From: Rhodospirillales bacterium 24-66-33
GTDB lineage: Bacteria > Pseudomonadota > Alphaproteobacteria > Reyranellales > Reyranellaceae
DNA length: 64,000 nucleotides
Reading direction: 5' to 3'
Assembly: GCA_002281855.1 (NCBI GenBank)
Contig: NCHQ01000026.1
Coordinates: 12,015 to 76,014, forward strand
In this document: piece after piece, positions 1 through 8,582 of the stretch
Numbering within the stretch: position 1 is the first letter of the stretch
Layout of the letters: each line of letters begins with the position of its first letter
The notes under the pieces: model-generated
Database searches by the model: none
What the model was told of the DNA's origin: nothing
The model's input: the letters and a program-made list of their open reading frames with translations, nothing else
Made by a program: the position numbers and the translations under genes

Positions 1-738
1 GTCGAGCCGGCGATCCTTCAGGTTCTGACGGATCTGCAGAACGTTCTGTTCACTCATGGTGAACGTGACGTAGATCGGGTCGAGCTGCACGATCGTGGCG
101 AGCTTGGTGGCGGTCGAGGCACCGACCAACTCGCCGACCGAGATCAGATGCTTGCTGACGATGCCGTCGAACGGCGCGAGGACCGTCGTGTAGCCAAGGT
201 TCGTCTGGGCGACCGTGAGGTTGCCCTCGGCATTCTCGACATTGGCCCGCGCATTGTCGCGCTTGGCCTTGGCTGTATCGTAGGTGGCCTGCGCCGAGAC
301 GTTCTGGCGCAACAGGGTCTCCTGGCGGGTGAACTCGGCCTCCGCCTGGGCCAGCGAGGCCTTGGCGCCGTCGAGCTGGGCCTCGGCCTCCTTGACCTTG
401 GCCTTGTACATCGTCTGCTCGATGCCGAAGAGCTTGTCGCCCGTCTTCTTTACGGAGCCGTCGACATAGTCCTGAGAGACCAGGAAGCCCTCGACGCGGG
501 CGACGAGATCGACGGTCGCGAAGGCCACCGTGTTGCCGGTCAGCACCTCGAAGGGCGCGACCTCCTGCTTCACCGGGACACCGACGCTGACCTCGGCCGG
601 GGGCGGAGGCTGGAATTTGTTCTCCTGCTTGCAGCCGGCCACCAGCGCAGTCAGCGCGATCGCCGCGAGCAGGGGCGTCAGCGCCCGGAACGGTCTCGAT
701 ACTGCAAAAACAACGGCTTCATCGTTACGATTAGACAT
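1..738 (-). CDS. Efflux (RND-type) periplasmic adaptor / membrane-fusion lipoprotein; C-terminal part runs off the window
   Basis: Absent from the ORF track because there is no stop inside the window. Reverse-strand translation from ATG 738..736 reads MSNRNDEAVVFAVSRPFRALTPLLAAIALTALVAGCKQENKFQPPP (lipobox LVAGC). It continues ...VAFATVDLVARVEGFL...AQAEAEFTRQETLL...LDPIYVTFTMSEQ, which is typical of AcrA/MexA-like adaptors. The listed ORF 148..828 + is its low-complexity antisense shadow. Confidence 0.8.
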   Translation of the reverse strand, partial: MSNRNDEAVVFAVSRPFRALTPLLAAIALTALVAGCKQENKFQPPPPAEVSVGVPVKQEVAPFEVLTGNTVAFATVDLVARVEGFLVSQDYVDGSVKKTGDKLFGIEQTMYKAKVKEAEAQLDGAKASLAQAEAEFTRQETLLRQNVSAQATYDTAKAKRDNARANVENAEGNLTVAQTNLGYTTVLAPFDGIVSKHLISVGELVGASTATKLATIVQLDPIYVTFTMSEQNVLQIRQNLKDRRLD

Positions 739-814
739 ATTTCCGACGATGCTCCCCGCGAGGCCGGCCCCAGCGTTAGCGCATCCCCTGCAGGATTGCC
801 ACCGCCCAGGCCCA

Positions 815-1408
815 TCACAGGCGATTGAACAGCAGCGACAGATTGTTTGCCGGCATGTCGATGATGTCGGGCGCGGAAAAGCCCTGCGCGCAGGCCTGTT
901 CGATGACGGTCTCGAGGTCGCGCACGCCCCATGCGGAATTGCGCCGCTTCAGGTCGGCGTCGAAGGCCTCGTTGCTGGGCGCCGTATGCCGGCCGCCGCG
1001 CCGGTAGGGGCCATAGAGGAAGAACAGCCCGCGCGGAGGCAGCAGGCGGGCGGCCCCGGCGATGAGTCCGACCGCAGCCTCCCACGGCGCGATGTGGATC
1101 ATGTTGCAGCAGAGCACGGCGTCCGCGCGCTCGACGGGCCATACGGCTCGGGTGACGTCGATCTCCTGCGCCGGGCGGACATTGTCCAGGCCCAGCGTCC
1201 GCACCCAGTCGTCGATGCTGGCTCGTGCATCGGCATCGGGATCGCTGGGCTGAAAGGTGAGTTCCGGCCGGGCAGCCGCGTAGTGCACGATGTGCTCGCC
1301 GGTGCCGCTGGCGATCTCCAGCACGAGTCCCTCCCGAGGCAGTCGCGGCTGCAGCACGTCGAGGATGGGTTGCCGGTTGCGGGCCGCTGCCGGTGCCTGT
1401 CTTTTCAT
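815..1408 (-). CDS. DUF938-family protein (SAM-methyltransferase-like fold)
   Basis: 197-aa ORF with LEIASGTGEH (GxGxG-like SAM loop) and CCNMIHIAPW, as in DUF938 proteins. Its ATG overlaps the upstream stop (ATGA at 1405-1408). Confidence 0.75.
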   Translation of the reverse strand: MKRQAPAAARNRQPILDVLQPRLPREGLVLEIASGTGEHIVHYAAARPELTFQPSDPDADARASIDDWVRTLGLDNVRPAQEIDVTRAVWPVERADAVLCCNMIHIAPWEAAVGLIAGAARLLPPRGLFFLYGPYRRGGRHTAPSNEAFDADLKRRNSAWGVRDLETVIEQACAQGFSAPDIIDMPANNLSLLFNRL

Positions 1409-3705
1409 CGTGCCTCCTGGAGGGCTTGCCAGATCCGCGCGGGGGTCGCGGGACCGTCGAAGCCTTTCACGCCGAGCGGCGCCAGCGCGTCAAGGATGGC
1501 GTTGGCGATGGCGGGGAAGGCGGCGATGGCACCGGCCTCGCCACAGCCCTTCACCCCCAGCGGATTGGTCGTGCAGCGTGTGGCATTGAAGCCGAGGTCG
1601 AACGACGGCAGGTCGTCGGCGCGGGGCAGGGCGTAATCCATGAAGGATGCCGCCACCATCTGGCCCGAGGTGGCGTCATAGGCGGCACGCTCCAGCAGCA
1701 CCTGACCCGCCCCCTGGGCCATGGCGCCGTGCGCCTGGCCGGTCGCGATCATCGGATTGACGAGCACGCCGTAGTCGTCGACGGCCGTGTAGCGCGCCAG
1801 GTCGACCTGGCCGGTGTCGCGGTCGATCTCGACCTCGACGACGTGCGCCCCGTTGGGAAAGGTCATGTGCTCGCGTGTCCAGGCGTGGAACGTGTCGAGC
1901 GGCAGGCCCTTGTCGCGGCCGAGCGCCGCCACCTCGATCAGGCCGACGGCGCGATCGGTCCCGGAGACGACGAAGCGTCCGTCCTCGAAGCGGATGTCGG
2001 CTTCCGACGCTTCCAGCGCATCGGCCGCCAACACCGTGCCCTTGGCGATGATCTCGTCCGCGGCCCGCCAGAGCGCCGTGCCGCCCATGTAGGTCGCGCG
2101 CGAGCTGCCGTGGCCGCCACCGAACGGGATCGCGTCGGTATCGCCCTGCACGAGGCGGATCCGCGCATTGGGGACGCCCAGCCGGTGGGCCAGGATCTGC
2201 GGGAAGGTCGTCTCGTGGCCCTGGCCGATATGCTGCGTGCCGGTGATCAGCGAGATCGTGCCGTCTGCCTCGAAGCGCACGTCGACATTCTCGTCGGGTG
2301 GACCGCCGGTCGCCTTGATGTGATAGGCGAAGCCCAGCCCGCGCAGCCGGCCGCGCCCCTCGCTGTCGCGACGCCGCGCCTCGAATCCCGCACAGTCGGC
2401 ACGAACCAGCGCGAGGTCGAGCGATTCGGCGAAGTGGCCACTGTCGACCTCGAAGCCGAAGGCATTGGTCATCGGCATCGCCTCGGGCGGCACCATGTTC
2501 CAGCGCCTGAGGTCGGCACGATCGAAGCCGGTCTGACGGGCCGCGGCATCGATCAGGCGCTCGACGATGTTGATCGCCTCGGCGAAGCCCGGCCCGCGCG
2601 TCACCCCGATCGGCGCGGTGTTGGTGACGACCGCCACGACATGCAGCGCGATCGCGGGGATGCGGTACACCGAACCTTGCAGGTGGATGTACTGGTAGGT
2701 CTGCACGCCGCCGCCGGCGCCGGCCATGTAGGCGCCGAGATTGGCGAGGCTGGCGATCCTCAGGGCGAGGAACTTGCCCTGCGCATCGAGCGCCAGCGAT
2801 GCCTCGGCCCGCATGTCGCGCGCGGCATGATCCGACAGGAACACCTCGCTGCGGCTCGCGATCCATTTGACCGGCCGGCTAACCTTGCGCGCGGCCCACA
2901 GGACCAGCGCGTGCTCGACATAGGCGAAGTTCTTGGCGCCGAAGCCGCCGCCCACGTCGGGCGCCACGAACCGCACATCCTTCGGCTCGGCGCCGAGCGA
3001 GCGGGCGACGTGGTTGCGGTTGATGTGGATGTTCTGGCTGGAGACGTGGAGCGTATAGCGGCCGGTCGCGGGATCGAACGTGCCGACGCCGCCGCGCGGC
3101 TCCATCGGGTTCATCACGATGCGATGGTTGTCGAGGTCGAGCGACACGACGTGCGCCGCTGTGGCGAAGGCGGCTTCGGTACCGGCCGTGTCTCCGGTGT
3201 GCCAGTCGAGGCAGGTGTTGCCGGGGATCTCGTCGGCGAGAAGGGGCGCGCCCGCTGCCCGGGCGGCTTCCGCCGAGGCCACGGCCGGAAGGGCTTGATA
3301 GCCGACGACGATCAACTCCGCGGCATCGAGTGCCTCGGCGTGCGTCTCGGCCACGATCAGCGCCACGGGTTCGCCGGCGAAGCGGACCTTGTCAGACGCC
3401 AGCAGCGGCTGGGCTGCGAAGGCGAAGGGCTCGCCGGTCTGGATGTTCGCCTCGGCATAGGGCCGGAGCGGCATCAGCCCGTCCGCCGTTGCCTCGGTGG
3501 CGGTGAGGACGGCGAGCACGCCCGGAGCCGCGCGGGCGGCGGTGGCACCGATCGACCGGATGAGCGCATGGGCGTGCGGCGAGCGAAGCACGACAGCATG
3601 GGCCAGACGATCGAACTTCAGGTCGTCGAGATAGGCGCCGTGTCCGGTGACGAAGCGCGCATCTTCGCGCCGCCGGGGAGAGTCTCCCATCCGTTCGATC
3701 GTCAT
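1405..3705 (-). CDS. Xanthine dehydrogenase / aldehyde oxidase / CoxL-family molybdopterin-binding large subunit (no Fe-S or FAD subunit adjacent)
   Basis: Track ORF is 1405..3750. I prefer the start MTIERMGDSPRRREDARFVTGHGAYLDD (ATG 3705) because it makes an ATGA overlap with the stop of the upstream gene. Family motifs are RxEDxRFxTG, DVGGGFGAK, VTRGPGF and GVKGCGEAG. Confidence 0.9.
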   Translation of the reverse strand: MTIERMGDSPRRREDARFVTGHGAYLDDLKFDRLAHAVVLRSPHAHALIRSIGATAARAAPGVLAVLTATEATADGLMPLRPYAEANIQTGEPFAFAAQPLLASDKVRFAGEPVALIVAETHAEALDAAELIVVGYQALPAVASAEAARAAGAPLLADEIPGNTCLDWHTGDTAGTEAAFATAAHVVSLDLDNHRIVMNPMEPRGGVGTFDPATGRYTLHVSSQNIHINRNHVARSLGAEPKDVRFVAPDVGGGFGAKNFAYVEHALVLWAARKVSRPVKWIASRSEVFLSDHAARDMRAEASLALDAQGKFLALRIASLANLGAYMAGAGGGVQTYQYIHLQGSVYRIPAIALHVVAVVTNTAPIGVTRGPGFAEAINIVERLIDAAARQTGFDRADLRRWNMVPPEAMPMTNAFGFEVDSGHFAESLDLALVRADCAGFEARRRDSEGRGRLRGLGFAYHIKATGGPPDENVDVRFEADGTISLITGTQHIGQGHETTFPQILAHRLGVPNARIRLVQGDTDAIPFGGGHGSSRATYMGGTALWRAADEIIAKGTVLAADALEASEADIRFEDGRFVVSGTDRAVGLIEVAALGRDKGLPLDTFHAWTREHMTFPNGAHVVEVEIDRDTGQVDLARYTAVDDYGVLVNPMIATGQAHGAMAQGAGQVLLERAAYDATSGQMVAASFMDYALPRADDLPSFDLGFNATRCTTNPLGVKGCGEAGAIAAFPAIANAILDALAPLGVKGFDGPATPARIWQALQEAR

Positions 3706-5021
3706 GTGCGCAGCGTCTCCGCGTTCTGGGTCTGGCGCTTCTCGTCCCACCAGTCACGCATCTGCAGACCCCAGTAGGCAAGCTGCGTCGCCGCCCGGCC
3801 GGCAGCTCCCCCCGCCCAGCCGGTGCCGAAGGGCGCAAACAGCTGGCAGCGCGAGGGATCTCCGAGAATGCCGGCGGCGACCGCATCCGCTCCCGCGGCC
3901 GTCTGGGCGAGACCGTGGCCGCCGAAGGCCGAGCAGACCCAGAGCCCCGGCTCGATCTCGCCCACCTGGGGCATCTTGTGCGGTGCGTAGCCCATGATGC
4001 CGGGCCAGGCGTGGGCGATCTCGATAGAGCCGAGCTGCGGATAGACCGAGAGGATATCGCGCCGCATCATGTCGCGAAGTCGCTTGGGCTCCGTCGTGTC
4101 GGTCGTGATGCGACCGCCCCACAGGAGCCTGTCGCGATCGACGATGCGGTAATAGTCGCCGGCGCGGCGCGTGTCGGAGATCGCGCCGGTCCACTGGATC
4201 GCTTCGCCGAGCCGGGCCCCGAGCTTTTCGGTGACGGCGACGTAGGTCGCCACCGGCAACACCGCGCGCGCGATGCGCGGCTGCACGGCGCCGAGATCGG
4301 CATTGCCGGCCAGCACGACATGCGGCGCCCTCACGCTGCCACGCTGAGTGCGAAGTTGCCAGGCACCGCCGTCGCGCGTCAGCCCATCGCCCTCGGTGCT
4401 CTCATAGATCTTGCCACCCTGACGCTCGATGTCGGCGGCCAGAGCCAGTGCGAGGTTCAGCGGATGGATATGGAACGAGGTCGGGTCGTGGATCGCCTGA
4501 TGGTAGCGCGCCGTCGCGAGCACGGCGCGCACGCGCGAGGTCTCCCATGGCTCGAAGGAGGCGCCCAGCTGCTCCGCGAGCTTGCGTGTGCGGTCGGCGA
4601 AGCCTGCGCCCTGGTCGGTGCGCGAGACGCTGAGCTTGCCGGTCCCCATCAGGATGTCGGGGTGTCCGAGCTCGGTGATGGCGTTGCGGACGATCGCCAC
4701 GCCGCGCTGCGACTGGGCATAGAGTTGCCGGGCGTGATCGAGCCCCAGCCGGTCGATCAGCGCGCCCGATCGCTGGGCGTAGCCTGGACCGACGAAGCCG
4801 CCGTTGCGGCCAGACGCACCCCAGCCGATCCGTCGCCGCTCCACCAGGACCACCCGCTGGCCCTTTTGAGCCAGCAGCCGCGCCGTGTGCAGGCCCGCGA
4901 AGCCGCCGCCCACGACGGCGACGTCGGCCACCTCCTGCGTGGCCAGCGCTGGGCGTACCTTGTCTGCGTCTCGCGTAGCGGCATACCAGCTGGCCGGATA
5001 GTCGAATTCGGTCATGTCCAT
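3702..5021 (-). CDS. FAD-dependent oxidoreductase (DAO family, gamma-glutamylputrescine-oxidase-like)
   Basis: VAVVGGGFAGLHTARLLAQKGQRVVLVE is a dinucleotide-binding fold, and DAO-like length and layout fit. The start is taken at MDMTEFDY; the 5066 start only adds an Arg-rich leader. Confidence 0.85.
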   Translation of the reverse strand: MDMTEFDYPASWYAATRDADKVRPALATQEVADVAVVGGGFAGLHTARLLAQKGQRVVLVERRRIGWGASGRNGGFVGPGYAQRSGALIDRLGLDHARQLYAQSQRGVAIVRNAITELGHPDILMGTGKLSVSRTDQGAGFADRTRKLAEQLGASFEPWETSRVRAVLATARYHQAIHDPTSFHIHPLNLALALAADIERQGGKIYESTEGDGLTRDGGAWQLRTQRGSVRAPHVVLAGNADLGAVQPRIARAVLPVATYVAVTEKLGARLGEAIQWTGAISDTRRAGDYYRIVDRDRLLWGGRITTDTTEPKRLRDMMRRDILSVYPQLGSIEIAHAWPGIMGYAPHKMPQVGEIEPGLWVCSAFGGHGLAQTAAGADAVAAGILGDPSRCQLFAPFGTGWAGGAAGRAATQLAYWGLQMRDWWDEKRQTQNAETLRT

Positions 5022-5128
5022 TCTTCTCCGCGAGAAGAGGTGGCACGGGAAGGCTTGCGCGGCCACCTCCTCTCCCGCACTAATTTTGCCAGGGAATTTC
5101 TACCCGTTTCCAAAATTCGGGAGGACGC

Positions 5129-6730
5129 ATGTCGATCGATTTCGATGCTGTGATCATCGGCGCAGGCTTTGGCGGCATGTACATGCTGCACAAGCTTCGC
5201 CAGAAGGGCTTCACGGCGCGCGTGTTCGAGGCCGGCAAGGGCGTGGGCGGCACCTGGTACTGGAACCGCTATCCCGGCGCGCGCTGCGACGTCGAGAGCG
5301 TCCAGTATTCCTATCAGTTCGATCCCGACCTGGAGCAGGAATGGGACTGGAGCGAGCGCTACGCCACCCAGCCCGAACTCTTGCGCTACGCCAACCACGT
5401 CGCCGACCGCTACGACCTGCGCCGCGACATCCGCTTCGAGATGCGCGTGAGCAAGGCCGTCTTCGACGAGACCGCCAACCTGTGGCAGGTCGAGACCGAG
5501 AAGGTCGGCGGCGCCGCCGGCAAGGTCACGGCCCGCTTCGTGATCACCGCGATGGGTTGCCTGTCCTCGCCCAACACGCCGAAGATTCCCGGCCTCGAGG
5601 ATTTCAAGGGGCCGACCTATCACACCGGCAACTGGCCACATGAGGGCGTCGACTTCACCGGCAAGACCGTCGGCGTGATCGGCACCGGTTCCTCGGCCAT
5701 CCAGTCGATCCCGGTGATGGCGGAGCAGGCGAAGCACCTCACCGTCTTCCAGCGCACCGCCAACTACACCGTGCCGGCACACAACAAGCCGCTCGACCCC
5801 GACTATGTGAGCGAGGTGAAGGCGAACTATCGCGAGATGCGCAGGCGGGCCAAGACCAAGCCGGCCGGCATCGATTTCACGATCAATCCCGCCTCGGCCG
5901 CCGAGACGCCGGAGGAGGAGCGCAATCGCCAGTTCCAGGCGCGCTGGGACTATGGCGGGCTGGGCTTCATGGCCTCCTTCTCCGACCTGCTGCTGAACGA
6001 CGAGTCCAACAAGGTTGCGGCCGATTTCGTCCGGGCCAAGATCGGCGAGGTCGTGAAGGATCCGAAGACCGCGGCGGCGCTGGTGCCGAAAAACATCATC
6101 GGCTGCAAGCGGCTGTGCGTCGACACCGGCTACTGGGCGACCTTCAACCGGCCGAACGTGACCCTGGTCGATATCAGCGACGAGCCGATCGAGCGCATCA
6201 CGCCGACCGGCCTGCGCGCCAAGGGCGAGGATTACACCTTCGACTGCCTCGTCCTGGCGACGGGCTTCGACGCCATGACCGGGGCGCTGCTCAAGGTCGA
6301 CATTCGCGGCCGGGACGGCGTGACGCTGAAGGAGCGCTGGAATGAGGGGCCGAAGACCTATCTCGGCCTTACCGTCGTGGGCTTTCCCAACCTGTTCATG
6401 ATCACCGGCCCGGGCAGCCCCTCGGTGCTGACCAACATGCTGCCCTCGATCGAGCAGCATGTCGATTTCATCGCCGACTGCCTCGAAGCTTTGCGCAACA
6501 AGGGCAAGACCGTGATCGAGCCGGTGCCGGAGGCGCAGGAGGAATGGGTCGGCCATGTCGGTGACGTGTCCAACATCACGCTGCGCTCGACCTGCAGCTC
6601 CTGGTACGTCGGCGCCAACATCCCGGGCAAGCCGCGCGTCTTCATGCCGTATATCGGCGGCCTGCCGGCCTACATCCAGGCCTGCGAGAAGGTCGTGGCC
6701 AACGGCTACGAGGGCTTCGCGCTGGCGTAA
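5129..6730 (+). CDS. Type I Baeyer-Villiger monooxygenase (cyclohexanone-monooxygenase-like flavoprotein)
   Basis: FDAVIIGAGFGGMY is the FAD GxGxxG motif. The BVMO fingerprint is FKGPTYHTGNWPH (FxGxxxHxxxW). The second Rossmann motif is GVIGTGSSAIQ. Confidence 0.9.
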   Translation: MSIDFDAVIIGAGFGGMYMLHKLRQKGFTARVFEAGKGVGGTWYWNRYPGARCDVESVQYSYQFDPDLEQEWDWSERYATQPELLRYANHVADRYDLRRDIRFEMRVSKAVFDETANLWQVETEKVGGAAGKVTARFVITAMGCLSSPNTPKIPGLEDFKGPTYHTGNWPHEGVDFTGKTVGVIGTGSSAIQSIPVMAEQAKHLTVFQRTANYTVPAHNKPLDPDYVSEVKANYREMRRRAKTKPAGIDFTINPASAAETPEEERNRQFQARWDYGGLGFMASFSDLLLNDESNKVAADFVRAKIGEVVKDPKTAAALVPKNIIGCKRLCVDTGYWATFNRPNVTLVDISDEPIERITPTGLRAKGEDYTFDCLVLATGFDAMTGALLKVDIRGRDGVTLKERWNEGPKTYLGLTVVGFPNLFMITGPGSPSVLTNMLPSIEQHVDFIADCLEALRNKGKTVIEPVPEAQEEWVGHVGDVSNITLRSTCSSWYVGANIPGKPRVFMPYIGGLPAYIQACEKVVANGYEGFALA

Positions 6731-6757
6731 GGCGCGTCGTCCTGTGCCATACGAAAT

Positions 6758-6794
6758 GCCCTCTCCCCCCGCGTATGACGCGGGCGGAGAGGGC
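6758..6794 (+). terminator. GC-rich hairpin after the BVMO gene (putative intrinsic terminator)
   Basis: gccctctccccccgcg / tatga / cgcgggcggagagggc forms a 16-bp stem with one mismatch, followed by gcTTTgg. The T-tract is weak. Confidence 0.5.
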
Positions 6795-6884
6795 GCTTTG
6801 GAAGTATGGCCATAGATCATTGACGACAGCTATCGTATCGCCCTAAGTGTTAACGTGGTGGTTAACTAATGGCGGTGCTGGCCG

Positions 6885-7421
6885 ATGCGAAGAATCCTAG
6901 CCATCGTCGTCGCGGTCGTCCTGGCGACCATTGCGGCGATCCTGATCTACGCGGCGACCCGGCCCGATTCGTTTCGTGTCGAGCGTTCGGCGACGATGAA
7001 CGCGCCGGCCGAGAAGATTTTCCCCTACATAGACGGGCTGAAGCGCTGGACCGAATGGTCGCCCTATGAGGGCCGCGACCCGGCGATGAAGCGAGCCTAC
7101 AGCGGCGCCGAAAGCGGCAAAGGCGCCGTCTACGAATGGGACGGCAACGACAATGTCGGCAAGGGCCGCATGGAGATCGTCGATTCGACGCCGCCGCACA
7201 GGGTGGTGATCAAGCTCGATTTCCTGAAGCCCTTCGAAGGTCACAACATGGCCGAGCTGACCGTGGAACCGAAGGGCAGCCAGACGATTGTCACCTGGGC
7301 GATGTACGGTCCCAGCACCTTCATGACCAAGCTGATCGGCACCTTCATGGACATGGACGACATGATCGGTCGGGATTTTGCGGCAGGACTGGCGAAGCTG
7401 AAGACCGTCGTCGAGAAGTGA
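6885..7421 (+). CDS. SRPBCC-family protein (polyketide cyclase/dehydrase-like) with N-terminal membrane anchor
   Basis: 178-aa ORF with an N-terminal hydrophobic helix ILAIVVAVVLATIAAILIYAA. The following pattern F..I.....W..W.P...G...W is seen in SRPBCC/AHSA1-like proteins. Confidence 0.7.
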   Translation: MRRILAIVVAVVLATIAAILIYAATRPDSFRVERSATMNAPAEKIFPYIDGLKRWTEWSPYEGRDPAMKRAYSGAESGKGAVYEWDGNDNVGKGRMEIVDSTPPHRVVIKLDFLKPFEGHNMAELTVEPKGSQTIVTWAMYGPSTFMTKLIGTFMDMDDMIGRDFAAGLAKLKTVVEK

Positions 7422-7446
7422 AGTCACACTTATCGAGGAGGATCAC

Positions 7447-8079
7447 ATGAACCGCATGCTGCGCACGCTTGCCGTCGTTCTGGCGATGGGCTCGACGGCC
7501 GCGCTGGCCCAGGCACCGGCACCGGGAACCCTGCCGCCGGGAGTCTTCGTCGCGGAGCGCGACATCGCGCTGGCGACGGCCGGCACCTATACGCTCGACG
7601 AGCAGCACACCGCGGTGATCGTCCGCGTCTCCCATATCGGCTATTCGCAAAGCGTGTTCCGCTTCGACCGCGCCAAGGGCTCGCTCACCTGGGATCCCGC
7701 GGCAATCGACAAGTCGAAGCTCTCGGCTTCGGTCGAGACGGCTTCCATCACGACCAACGTGAAGGGCTTCGCCGAGGAGCTGGCGGGCGACAATTTCCTG
7801 AAGTCGAAGGCCTTTCCCGAAGCCACCTTCGTCTCGACATCGTTCAAGCCGGTCGACAAGACGCGCGGCAAGGTCGAGGGACAGTTCACCTTGATGGGCA
7901 AGACCAGGCCGGTCACCTTCGACGTCGAGCTGGGCGGTGTGGGCAAGGGATTCGAGGGCAAGCCGCGCATCGGCGTCCATGCCGTTGCGACGATCAATCC
8001 GCAGGATTACGGGCTGCCGCCGCTGTTCACAGACCCCATCCAGATCCAGATCGATACCGAGTTCGAGAAGAGCCCGTAG
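7447..8079 (+). CDS. YceI-family periplasmic (polyisoprenoid-binding-like) protein
   Basis: Signal peptide MNRMLRTLAVVLAMGSTAALAQA. YTLDEQHTAVIVRVSHIGYS..FRFD and the GKTRPVTFDVEL blocks are typical of YceI. Confidence 0.85.
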   Translation: MNRMLRTLAVVLAMGSTAALAQAPAPGTLPPGVFVAERDIALATAGTYTLDEQHTAVIVRVSHIGYSQSVFRFDRAKGSLTWDPAAIDKSKLSASVETASITTNVKGFAEELAGDNFLKSKAFPEATFVSTSFKPVDKTRGKVEGQFTLMGKTRPVTFDVELGGVGKGFEGKPRIGVHAVATINPQDYGLPPLFTDPIQIQIDTEFEKSP

Positions 8080-8093
8080 CCCAGGAGGATGAA

Positions 8094-8513
8094 ATGGCGG
8101 TCCAGCCGTATTTGTTTTTCAACGGCCGTTGCGAGGAGGCGCTCGCCTTCTACCAGGAGAGACTCGGCGCCAAGGTCGAGATGATGATGCGCTTCAAGGA
8201 GAATCCAGATACCGGTGCGGCGGAACACATGAAGGTCGATCCCGAGGCGGTGATGCATGCCAGCCTGCGGATCGGCGAGGCGATGATCATGTGCTCGGAC
8301 GGCATGGCGAACGACGGCAAGACGAACTTCCAGGGCTTTTCGCTGGCCCTCGATGTCGCGACCGAAGCGGAGGCCGACAAGGCGTTCGAGGCGCTGGCCA
8401 AGGAAGGCCAGATCCAGATGCCGATCGGCAAGACGTTCTTCTCGCCCCGCTTCGGCTGCGTCGCCGACAAGTTTGGCGTGTCGTGGATGGTGATGGTGCC
8501 GCAGGAGATGTGA
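8094..8513 (+). CDS. VOC-family protein (PhnB / glyoxalase-like)
   Basis: VQPYLFFNGRCEEALAFYQ..LGA and ...FGVSWMV are the hallmark N- and C-terminal blocks of PhnB-like VOC proteins. Confidence 0.85.
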   Translation: MAVQPYLFFNGRCEEALAFYQERLGAKVEMMMRFKENPDTGAAEHMKVDPEAVMHASLRIGEAMIMCSDGMANDGKTNFQGFSLALDVATEAEADKAFEALAKEGQIQMPIGKTFFSPRFGCVADKFGVSWMVMVPQEM

Positions 8514-8582
8514 GGCCTAGGCCTCGCAATGGAGCGCGCCACTCCAGTGGCGCGCTCATTGATCGTTCGATTACGAAGAAGA

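Noticed and set aside
1393-3777. 794-aa + strand ORF, with similar long ORFs at 5012..6820 (-), 9555..11588 (+), 24267..25889 (-), 29660..31093 (+), 31065..32390 (+), 49902..51605 (+), 52720..54042 (-) and 62020..63027 (-).
   Set aside because: All lie antisense to genes with clear family motifs. Their translations are Arg/Gly/Ala/Asp/His-rich low-complexity strings with no recognisable domains. These are the typical stop-codon-poor shadow frames of a high-GC genome.
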